Positions 1-10,969 of a stretch of DNA of 64,000 nt are shown in pieces. The stretch comes from Anaeramoeba ignava BMAN (Eukaryota > Protista > Anaeramoebae). The stretch is taken from the NCBI GenBank assembly GCA_028826165.1, contig JAPDFW010000076.1:310001-374000 (forward strand). The letters run 5' to 3'. Within the stretch, counting starts at the first letter, position 1; the number at the start of each line of letters is the position of its first letter. The notes beneath the pieces were generated by a model, which searched no databases, had not been told where the DNA came from, and saw only the letters and a program-made list of their open reading frames with translations. Both the position numbers and the translations under genes were made by a program.

Positions 1-2950
1 TATAATTAAAATATTTATAATTAAAATTATTTATAATTAAAATTATTTAGAATTAAATTATTTATAATTAAATTATTTATAATTAAATTATTTTTATAAT
101 TAAAATATTTATAATTAAAATATTTATAATTAAAATATTTAGAATTAAAATATTTATAATTAAAAATATTTATAATTAAATTATTTATAATTAAAAATGT
201 TTAGAATTGAATTATTTATAATTAAATTATTTATAATTAAATTATTTATAATTAAAATATTTTATAATTAAATTATTTATAATTAAATTATTTTGAATTA
301 AATTATTTTATAATTAAATTATTTATTTAAATTTAAATTATTATTTAGAATTAAATTATTTAGAATTAAATTATTTAGGGGAATTAAATTATTTATAATT
401 AAATTATTTAGAATTAAATTATTTAGAATTAAATTATTTTATAATTAAATTATTTAGAATTAAAATTATTTATAATTAATTAAATTATTTATAATTAAAT
501 TATTTATAATTAAATTATTTATAATTAAATTATTTATAATTAAAATATTTATAATTAAATTGTTTAGAAATTAAATTATTTAGAATTAAATTATTTATAA
601 TTAAATTATTTATAATTAAATTATTTAGAATTAAATTATTTATAATTAAATTGTTTAGAATTAAATTATTTATAATTAAAATATTTATAATTAAATTATT
701 TAGAATTAAAATATTTATAATTAAATTTATTTATAATTAAATTATTTATAATTAAATTATTTTGAATTAAATTATTTATATTTAAAATGTTTAGAATTAA
801 AATATTTATAATTAAATTATTTATAATTAAATTATTTATAATTAAATTATTTTAGAATTAAATTATTTAGAATTAAATTATTTATAATTAAAAATATTTA
901 TAATTAAAATATTTATATTTAAAATGTTTAGAATTAAATTATTTATAATTAAAATATTTAGAATTAAATTATTTTGAATTAAATTATTTATATTTAAAAT
1001 ATTTATAATTAAATTATTTTGAATTAAATTATTTAGAATTAAAATGTTTATAATTAAAATGTTTTAGAATTAAATTATTTATAATTAAATTATTTATAAA
1101 TAAATTATTTATAATTAAATTATTTATAAATAAATTATTTATAAATAAATTATTTATAATTATATTATTTATAATTAAAATGTTTATAATTAAATTATTT
1201 TGAATTAAAAATATTTTATAACTAAATTATTTATAATTAAATTATTTATAATTAAAATATTTATAATTAAATTATTTATAATTAAATTATTTTGAATTAA
1301 ATTATTTATAATTAAAATGTTTATAATTAAATTATTTAGAATTAAAATATTTATAATTAAATTATTTATAATTAAATTATTTATAATTAAATTATTTATA
1401 ATTAAATTATTTATAATTAAATTATTTTTAATTAAATTATTCTTGAATTAAAATATTTATAATTAAATTATTTAGAATTAAATTATTTATAATTAAATTA
1501 TTTAGAATTAAAATATTTATAATTAAATTATTTATAATTAAAATGTTTATAATTAAATTATTTAGAATTAAATTATTTATAATTAAATTATTTATAATTA
1601 AAATGTTTATAATTAAATTATTTATAATTAAATTATTTATAATTAAATTATTTAGAATTAAAATATTTATAATTAAATTATTTATAATTAAAATGTTTAG
1701 AATTAAATTATTTATAATTAAATTATTTTGAATTAAATTATTTATAATTAAATTATTTTGAATTAAATTATTTATAATTAAATTATTTATAATTAAAATG
1801 TTTATAATTAAATTATTTTGAATTAAAAATATTTATAACTAAATTATTTATAATTAAAATGTTTAGAATTAAATTATTTATAATTAAATTATTTTGAATT
1901 AAATTATTTATAATTAAATTATTTTGAATTAAATTATTTATAATTAAAATGTTTATAATTAAATTATTTTGAATTAAAATATTTATAACTAAATTATTTA
2001 TAGTTAAAATATTTATAATTAAATTATTTAGAATTAAATTATTTAGAATTAAATTATTTATAATTAAATTATTTAGAATTAAATTATTTATAATTAAATT
2101 ATTTAGAATTAAATTATTTATAATTAAATTATTTATAATTAAATTATTTTATAAATAAATTATTTAGAATTAAATTATTTTGAATTATATTATTTATAAC
2201 TAAATTATTTAGAATTAAATTATTTATAATTAAAATATTTATAATTAAATTATTTAGAATTAAATTATTTATAATTAAATTGTTTTTAATTAAAAATATT
2301 TATAATTAAATTATTTATAGTTAAATTGTTTTTGAATTAAATTGTTTTGAATTAAATTATTTATAATTAAATTGTTTAGAATTAAATTATTTAGAATTAA
2401 AATATTTATAATTAAATTATTTTGAATTAAATTATTTATAATTAAATTATTTTGAATTAAATTATTTATAATTAAATTATTTTGAATTAAATTATTTATA
2501 ATTAAATTATTTATAGTTAAAATATTTATAATTAAAATATTTATAATTAAATTGTTTATAATTAAATTATTTATAATTAAATTATTTATAATTAAATTAT
2601 TTTAATTTAAATTAAATTATTTAGAATTAAATTGTTTTAGAATTAAATTATTTAGAATTAAAATTGTTTAGAATTAAATTATTTAGAATTAAATTATTTA
2701 GAATTAAATTATTTAGAATTAAATTATTTAGAATTAAATTATTTAGAATTAAATTATTTAGAATTAAATTATTTAGAATTAAATTATTTAGAATTAAATT
2801 GTTTAGAATTAAAATATTTATAATTAAAATGTTTAGAATTAAATTATTTATAATTAAATTATTTATAATTAAATTATTTAGAATTAAATTATTTATAATT
2901 AAATTATTTAGAATTAAATTATTTATAATTAAATTATTTATATTTAAATT
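1..2950. repeat. 15-bp intronic satellite (TTTATAATTAAATTA / TTTAGAATTAAATTA)
   Basis: Continuous tandem 15-mers from the window start to a TTTTAG acceptor at 2951-2956. It explains the spurious FIIKL/FRIKL ORFs. Confidence 0.95.
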
Positions 2951-2956
2951 TTTTAG

Positions 2957-3371
2957 ATGTCCCTTTTGCCAAAAACCTTTTTTCCAAGTTGGTTTTCTTG
3001 GAAATCGTTCTAGAGAAGAAATTGAACAAGAAGACCAAGAAATAAAACATAATAATGAATTAAGTTTAGAATCACAAAAAAAAGAACAAGAGGAATTTAA
3101 CAAACATAGAGAAGATATTTGGAAAAAAATAAAGAAAGACGAACAAGAAATAAAACAATTTGAAGCAACAATTACAAATTTAAATAATGTGACAAAACTT
3201 CCAAATAACGATCAAGATCAAATAAATATCTTTAAACAAACAGAAAATGAACAATATCAACCATTTGAAGATATAACAGAATTCCAAGATATTAATTTCG
3301 ATCAAAATCAAGATCAAAATCAAACTCAAGATCTTCCTGAAATTATTGAATTGGTTTCTTATCAAAAATAA
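2957..3371 (+). CDS. Last exon of a probable RING-finger protein (upstream exons outside window)
   Basis: After AG at 2955-2956 it reads (x)CPFCQKPF, the typical final CxxC of a RING, then an acidic/coiled tail ending in TAA at 3371. Confidence 0.65.
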
Positions 3372-3425
3372 TCTTTTTAATTTGTATTTTGCAATTCAAG
3401 ACTTTTTGTATTTATAACAAAAATG

Positions 3426-5433
3426 TCAATTAATTGATTTCTTGATTTCTTGATTTGATTTGATTTCTTGATTTTTTGATTTGATTTGTTTTTTTTTTAT
3501 AAGAAATGTTATTTGAATTCTGTTAATTTTTTTGAAAAACAAAATAATAAGAATTGGATTATTGATAAAAATTCCCAAAAGATTAATCAAAAAAAAATTT
3601 CTTTACATTTTCATTTCGTTTCCCAAATCCTAAAAAATTTAAATAATTTTTCTTTTAAATTTAAGGAGAATTCTTACAAAAAGTTCAATTTCTTCCTATT
3701 ATTTTTTGTTAGAAAAAAAAGGAAAATTAAATTTTAAATTTTAAATAAAAAATTAAAAAGAAAAACAATTTTACATTTTTTTGATCTTCTTTTTTCTTTT
3801 CGAAATTAATCCAAATATTATTATCATAAGTTAAATTAGGATTTTTAAATATTCCAAGATTTGTTTTTGTTGAAATAGATTTTTTGAAAAGAAGTGGAAA
3901 TTTTTGAAAAATTTCAAACATTTCTAAAACAAGAGCAAAAGGTTTTTGAATAAATTGTTGGAATAATTGAGTTGTTTTAACTTGAAAAATAAATGATTCT
4001 TTTTCAAATTGATTTTGATTTTCATAAATTTGAGTGATTTGAGTTGGAAAATCAAAAAAATCTAAAGTAAAAAAAATTCCACTTTTTAAATTCTTATTGA
4101 ATTCTATATTTATGATCTTCATTTCAATTAATTCCACTCTTTCCAAAATAAAAGGAGAATTTAAAGGAATTGAAATTGATTCATTTTCTTGATCATTTTT
4201 TAAATCTGGATTAATTTTTTCTAAAAGATCTATTAATCTTTCATTAATATCCTTTGCTTCAAATAATTGAAATCTTTTTTCATTCATTTTCATTTCAAAT
4301 TCTTTTTGAGAAGATGAAATAAATTGATTGAGTTCAAGAATTTGTTCGTTTAATTGAAGAAAATTGTTTTCTTTGGTTTTTAATTTTGAGTTGATTTGTA
4401 AAAGTTCATTTTGAGATTGTTGTTTTAAAAGGAAAAAAGATTTTTGGAAATGTTCATTTTTTTGATTTAAATCTGAAATTTTGTTTTGTTTCTCATCATT
4501 TTCTTTTTCCAATTCAAGAATTTTCCTTTTTAATTCTTCTAATTGAGTTTGATTAGTAATTTTTAATTGATCCAAATTAGTTTTTGATTTTTTTTCTTTT
4601 TCTTTTTCTTGAATCTCTTTGGAAAGAATTTCATTCTGTTTTAATAAAATTTTGTTTTGATTTTTGGATTGATTAAAATTGGAATTAATTTGATCAAATT
4701 GAGAAATCCAAATTTTTTTTTCTTTTTCTAAATTGAGGATTTTTCTTTTTTGAGACACATTAATAAAGGAAATATTCTTGTTTTTTTCTTTTAATTCCAT
4801 CATTTCATTTTTCAATTCCTGATTTTTTTCTTGAAATTGATTGATAGAATTTTGTGTAATTTGATTTATTTTTTGTAATAAGATTTTTTTGGAAAGTTTT
4901 TCTTTTTGAAGATTTTGAACAAGTTTTTGATTTTTGATTTTGAGTTTTTGGTTAATTTTTTGAATTAAATCCATTTTTTGATTCAAAATTTCCATTTCTT
5001 GAAAATTTTGATTTAAATCATTTTCAAATTTAGGGAAATCAAAAGAAAAAGATAATTGAAGATTATTTTGATTTTTTTGATTTTGATTTTGATTTTGATT
5101 TTGATTTTGATTTTGATTTTGATTTTGATTTTGATTTTGATTTTGATTTTGATTTTGATTTTGATTTTTTTGATTTTGATTTTTTTGATTTTGATTTTTT
5201 TGATTTTGATTTTTTTGATTTTGATTTTTTTGATTTTGATTTTTTTGATTTTGATTTTGATTTTGATTTTTATTTTGATTTTGATTTTGATTTTGATTTT
5301 GATTTTGATTTTGATTTTTAGTTAGAAAATTAAGTTGATTTTCCATGTTTTTGAGTTGATTTTTTTGTTTTTGAATTTTTTTAGAAAGAATAAATTGTTC
5401 TTGTTTTTGAAATTGATCAAAAAAATTTTTCAT
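3426..5433 (-). CDS. Coiled-coil plus C2-domain protein, RPGRIP1L/RPGRIP1 (fantom/MKS5)-like
   Basis: Long coiled coil with an NQ tract, then IFFTLDFFDFPTQITQI...FQVKTTQLFQQFIQK...LVLEMF, resembling the first RPGRIP1L C2 domain. Proposed GT-AG exons 5433-3775, 3695-3678, 3629-3607, 3519-3426 stay in frame; the 3' micro-exons are tentative. Confidence 0.6.
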
Positions 5434-5618
5434 TTAGATCTTTTTTTTTTTTAATTTGAAGAAAGAAAGAAAAAAAATGATTTGATCAAAAAATTGGAAA
5501 GAAAGAAAAAGAAAAAAAAAAAAAAGACAAAATGACATTTAAAATTTGGACTTAAAAAACTTGGAAAACAAATGAAATTTAATTTTATTGATAAAAAAAA
5601 AATTAACTAGTTAATTAA

Positions 5619-7965
5619 TTAATTAAGATAAATAGTGCGAAAAAATTCAGCATTTAATTTATCAACTTCTTTAGAAATATTAGAAATATTCAAGTTTTGA
5701 TTTTCAACAAGCATTAAAATCAATCTTGAACCAGCTCTTTTCATTACAATCCAAAGAGAATTATTGATATTTGTTGTAACTTCAATTAAATTTTGGTCCA
5801 AATTGACATATTTTTCGGTTTGAGTTTGTTTTTGAGAATCAAGATTGTTTTCGATTGGATCTTTGTTATTTTCTTGGTTTTGAGCCTTTGTTTGTTGTTC
5901 GATATTTTTCAGTTGAAAATAACGTTTTTCTTGATTAATAAATAAACGTTCTGAATTATAAAAGGAATCAACAATACTTGATAAATACATCAAGAACTGA
6001 TGGCGCAGTTCGAATTCCTTGCACATACTGAGGGTTTCTTTAAGAGCAAGGTTCATTTCGTTGAAATAAAGGAATTTATAAAGAAGTTCGTTTTGCGAAG
6101 AAATTTGCAGAATATGTTCTGATTTAAACAAGTTATTAACAATTGTTTCAATTTCCGTTTCAATTCTTTTCTTCATTTGATTGTAAAAAGACATTGTTTG
6201 TAGTTTTTCATCGGGCTCAACTAGCAAACAGAAAATGACTTTGTTTGCTTTATAAATAAGTAAAACATGTTGTTTTTTTTCTTCGTTTCCAACAAAAATT
6301 TTGGGAAGAAAAAAATTCTTTTTGGAATCCAATTTGGGACCTGTTATGAAGTCAGAGAAGTTACTTCTTGCTTTTGCGATTGTTTGTGTGATGTGGAACA
6401 CTAATTCTGGATAGTTAAAAAGATCTGGGTTTTGTGGCAATTTGGAAATGTCTTCTAAAGACCAATTAAAATAGTTTTTTGGTTGAGGCAATTGAGGTGA
6501 TGCTGTTTTGCCAATAAAAAATTCCTCAATCCCAACAAGATATTCATTTTCCACTGCTGGTTTTGGATTGATATATCCACACAAGAAATTGTATAGTGAA
6601 TTTGTATCTGATAAATTGAGTGAACTCCAAATTAAGTTGGATCCATATAAGAAAATTGAATGTTTGATTTTTGAAAATGAACTCTCAATCATATTGACAA
6701 AACAATAAACTTTTAAAAACATGTTTTTGTCTAAAGGATAATACCGAATCCCTAATTGTTTTATTTTGTCGTCCGTTATGTTGATTGAATATTAAGGAAA
6801 TTCTTGTTTGCGTTATTTTTGTTTTCGTTTTTTTACCCTGAAATAATGAAAGTAATCTTTTTTTCAATGATGTTTGAATAAAATCAACTGTTGGAATGAA
6901 AAAGCTGAAGAATTGATTCACTTTATTTCTTAATTCTTCGAGTGAATAGTTTGTTATTAAGTGGTTGAATGAGTGATAAAATAATGAAAACATATAATAT
7001 CCTTTTCTCAATGCTTGAAACAAGCAATTATCGTTAGTGAATTCATATTTAAATTTCTCGTTTTTTTTTGATTCTTTAGCCTGTGTGTTTGATGCGTTTT
7101 TAATCAACTAAAATTTTAATTTTAATTTTAATTTTATAAATGAATTTTATAAATTGGTTTTTAATTTTAATTTTAATTTTAATTTTAATTTTAATTTTAT
7201 AAATGAATTTTATAAATTGATTTTAATTTTAATTTTAATTTTAATTTTAATTTTAAATTTTAATTTTAATTTTAATTTTATAAATGAATTTTATAAATTG
7301 ATTTTGATTTTAATTTTAATTTGAATTTGAATTTTATAAATTGATTTTTAATTTTATAAATTGATTTTAATTTTATAAATTGATTTTGATTTTGAATTTT
7401 AATTTTAATTTGAATTTGAAATTGAATTTTGATTTTAATTTTAATTTTAATTTTAATTTGAATTTGAATTTTAATTGATTTTGAAATTGCTTTAAATTCG
7501 AATTAATTGAAGACTTCAGTTTTTTAAAAGTAAAATTATAAAAGTAATAAATACAAAAACCATCCAATAATTAGGTTCAGGTTCAAAAAAAACCCATCTA
7601 TATTTCTCAGTATGTAAAGAAGCTTGAGGAAATGAAGAAGAAAATGTTCTAAATTATGAAATAAAAATAAATGAAATGAAATTAAATTAAATTAAATTAA
7701 ATAAAATTAAATTAAATTAAAATAAAATAAAAATAAATTAAATTAAATTAAAATAAATTAAATTAAATGAAATTAAATTAAATTAAATTAAATTAAACCT
7801 TGAAAAAGCAATTGTTGCTTGTGCAAATCCTATATTTAAAAGTTGTTTATCAATAGGTATTTTATTTGGAAGATAAAGTATAATTTTATCTGCTTCATTT
7901 TTTAAATTGATTACTCTCCTAAAAATAAAAAAAGAATCAAATCTTGGAATTTGGAAAATATTCAT
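5619..7965 (-). CDS. CCZ1: Vacuolar fusion protein CCZ1 (Mon1-Ccz1 Rab7 GEF subunit)
   Basis: Exons 7965-7799, 7648-7555, 7107-6837, 6751-5619, all GT-AG and in frame. Motifs: KIILYLP..QLLNIGFAQA..FSR, FFEPEPNYWMV, GIRYYPLDKNMFLKV, YKFLYFNEMNLA. Confidence 0.9.
7110..7500 (-). repeat. (AAAATT)n microsatellite in CCZ1 intron 2
   Basis: TTTTAA/TTTGAA hexamers on +, with interspersed TTTTATAAATGAA units. Confidence 0.9.
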
Positions 7966-8459
7966 AATTTAAATTAAATTAAATTTTTTAATTTAAGGAA
8001 AAAAAAATGAAAAAAAAAAAATGAAATAATAAAAATTACTAATTTTGAGATTAAAAAATTTTTTCTTTTTGTTTTTCTTTTTTAATTTCCCTTTTTTCTT
8101 ATCTTTTTTTAAATTGATTTTAATTTTAATCTCTTTTTTATTTCTTTTATTTCTTTTATTTTAATTATCTTTTTTTAATCGATCTCCTTTAAATTTTTAT
8201 TTTATTGGTTTCAAAAAAATGAGATGAAAGAAAAAAAAATAATTTTTTTTTTAATCTTAAAAAAAAAGAAAAAATAACAATAAAAAAACAATAAAATAAG
8301 ATAAAATAATTTATAAATAAATATTCAGAAGTAAATTATTAGAAAATTACATAAATTCGCAGAAAGAAAAAAAAAAATTTTTTAAAAAGAAAAAAAAAAA
8401 AAAAAAAAAAGAAATTTTAATTTTTCATTTTTTTCATTTTTTTTTTGGATTTTTTTTTA

Positions 8460-10000
8460 ATGGAAGATAAGTGTAAGATTGTTATAGTTGGAGGAGGTTC
8501 AGGTAAATAAATAAAAAGGAAATGATTTAAAAAAGTGTTTTCATTTCCAATTAAATTTTTAATTGAATTTTTAATTGAATTTTTTAAATTAAATTTTTTA
8601 AATTAAATTTTCTAATTGAATTTTTAATTGAATTTTTTAAATTAATTAATAGTTGGCAAAACTTGTATTACTTTGCGTTATTTAAACAATAAATTTATAA
8701 CTCATTATGATCCAACAATCGGTAAAAAAAAAACAACAAAAAGAAAAATTCTTCTTCTTCTTCTTTTTTTTTTTCCTTAATTTTGATTTAACTCTTTTTT
8801 TTAATCCAAAAAATTTGATTTAATTTGAATTTAAAATGATTATTAATTAAAATTAAATTGAAATTTTTTTTGATTTAATTTGAATTTAAAATGATTATTA
8901 ATTAAAATTTTTTTTGATTTAATTTGAACTTAAAATGATTATTAATTGAAATTTTTTTGATTTAATTTGAACTTAAAATGATTATTAATTGAAATTTTTT
9001 TTGATTTAATTTGAACTTAAAATGATTATTAATTAAAATTTTTTTGATTTAAAAATTAATTGAAATGATTATTAATTAAAATTTTTTTTGATTTAATTTG
9101 AATTTAAAATGATTATTAATTAAAATTTTTTTGATTTAATTTGAACTTGAAATGATTATTAATTAAAATTAAATTGAAATTTTTTTTATTAATTTCTCTT
9201 TTGAAAAATTAAGAGGAAAGTTATAGAAAAATGACAATACTTGATGGTAAACCAATTTTACTTGAAATTCTTGATACAGCAGGTCAAGATGAATTTAGAT
9301 CCGTTCGAGATAAGGTTTGTTAAATAAAAAACATAAACGGATTAAATAAGTAAATAATTGAACTAACCAAAAAAAATTAGTATTTAAGAACTGGTGAAGG
9401 TTTTGTTATTGTTTACAGTATAACTTCAGCTGATAGCCTTTGGGAGGCTCAATCCTTCCATGAAGCAATAGAAAAAGTAAAAGATACAACAGATACACCC
9501 TCATTAACTGTTGGAAACAAATCTGGTATTTTATTTAAAAAAATTATTGATTTAAAAAAATTTTGATTTAAAAAAATTATTTAACTTAAATTATTTTAAA
9601 ATAGATCTTGAATCTCAAAGACAAGTATCAACTAGTGAAGGTCAAGAACTCGCACAAAAATTTAGATCTCAATTTCTAGAAGTGTAAATAGTTTATTTTT
9701 TTTCGAATTTGATCTTAATTAATTTTTTTAATTAATTTTTTTATTTAATTTTTTTATTTAATTTTTTTATTTAATTTTTTTATTTAATTTTTTTATTTAA
9801 TTTTTTTATTTAATTTTTTTATTTAATTTTTATTTAATTTTTTTAGTTCTGCAAAATCTGGCAAAAATATTGAGCAAGTTTTTGAAACTATAGCAAGAGA
9901 TGTAAGGAATTGGAAAGCTAAAAAATCAGGGAAAAATCAATCAAACAAAAGAAATTCTTCAGCAATTTCAAAAAAGAAAAAAAACTGCGAAATCATTTGA
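8460..10000 (+). CDS. Ras-family small GTPase (196 aa, 6 exons)
   Basis: Exons 8460-8502, 8653-8721, 9214-9314, 9381-9525, 9605-9683, 9847-10000. Motifs: GGGSVGKT, YDPTIEESY, LDTAGQDEF, VGNKSDL, EVSAK and a C-terminal CaaX (KKKKNCEII). Confidence 0.95.
8817..9190. repeat. About 43-bp minisatellite (about 8 copies) in Ras intron 2
   Basis: GATTTAATTTGAAYTTAAAATGATTATTAATTAAAATTTTTT units start near 8817, 8872, 8916, 8959, 9003, 9046, 9090 and 9133. Confidence 0.85.
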
Positions 10001-10384
10001 ATACTTTTTTTTTTCTTTTTAATTCCTTTTTTCTTTTTTCTTTTTTCTTTTTTTTTCTTTTCAATTTTTCTTTTCTTTTCAATTCAATTTCTTTCTCATT
10101 TTTTTTTCTTATTTCTTTCTTTTTCTGTTTAATATTGCAATAAAAAATTGCTGTTATTTTTGTTTGTTGATTTGAAGATTTAATGGATTTGTTTTGTTTC
10201 CATTAATTTCTTTAAAACAAAAAAAAAAAAAAAAGAAAGAAGATAAAAAATTAGAAAAAAAGTGGAACAAATAAAAGGAATTTAACTCAAAAAAAAAATT
10301 TTTTTTGTTGTTTTTTTTTTTAAATTTATTCAAAAAACAATAACAAAAATAAAGTTTTGATAAAAGGAAAAATTTCTTCGAATC

Positions 10385-10845
10385 CAATTTAATTTAATCT
10401 AATTTAATTTAATTTAATTTCATTTAATTTAATCCAATTTAATTTAATCCAATTTAATCTAATTTAATTTAATCCAATTTAATTTAATTTAATTTAATCT
10501 AATTTAATTCAATTTAATCTAATTTAATTTCATTTAATTTAATTTAATCCAATTTAATTTCATTTAATTTAATTTAATTTAATTTAATTTAATCCAATTT
10601 AATCCAATTTAATTTAATTTCATTTAATTCAATCTAATTTAATTTAATCCAATTTAATTTAATTTAATTTAATTTAATCTAATCTAATTTAATTTCATTT
10701 CATTTAATTTCATTTAATTTAATTTCATTTAATTTCATTTTAATCTAATTTAATTTAATTTAATTTAATTTAATTTAATTTAATTTAATCCAATTTAATT
10801 TAATTTAATTTCATTTAATTTAATTTCATTTAATTTCATTTAATT
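10385..10845. repeat. (AATTT/AATCC/CATTT)n pentamer satellite between convergent Ras and ATG9
   Basis: Directly visible tandem pentamers. Confidence 0.9.
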
Positions 10846-10969
10846 ATCAGAAGAATTTCTCTTTTTTTTATTTGATTGAGAATTTTGAAGATCTTTTTGA
10901 TAATGCTAAAAAAGATAAATTTAAAAAATAGAAATTTAATAAATATTATAAATTAAATTTGTTTTTTTT

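Noticed and set aside
1-2950. Telomeric or subtelomeric repeat at the window start
   Set aside because: There is no G-rich telomere unit, and the array ends at a splice acceptor followed by an exon, so it is intronic.
4247-7005. Other ATATCCTTT matches (4247 and 6997)
   Set aside because: Both are on the non-coding strand of exons of minus-strand genes, with no associated branch site or AC.
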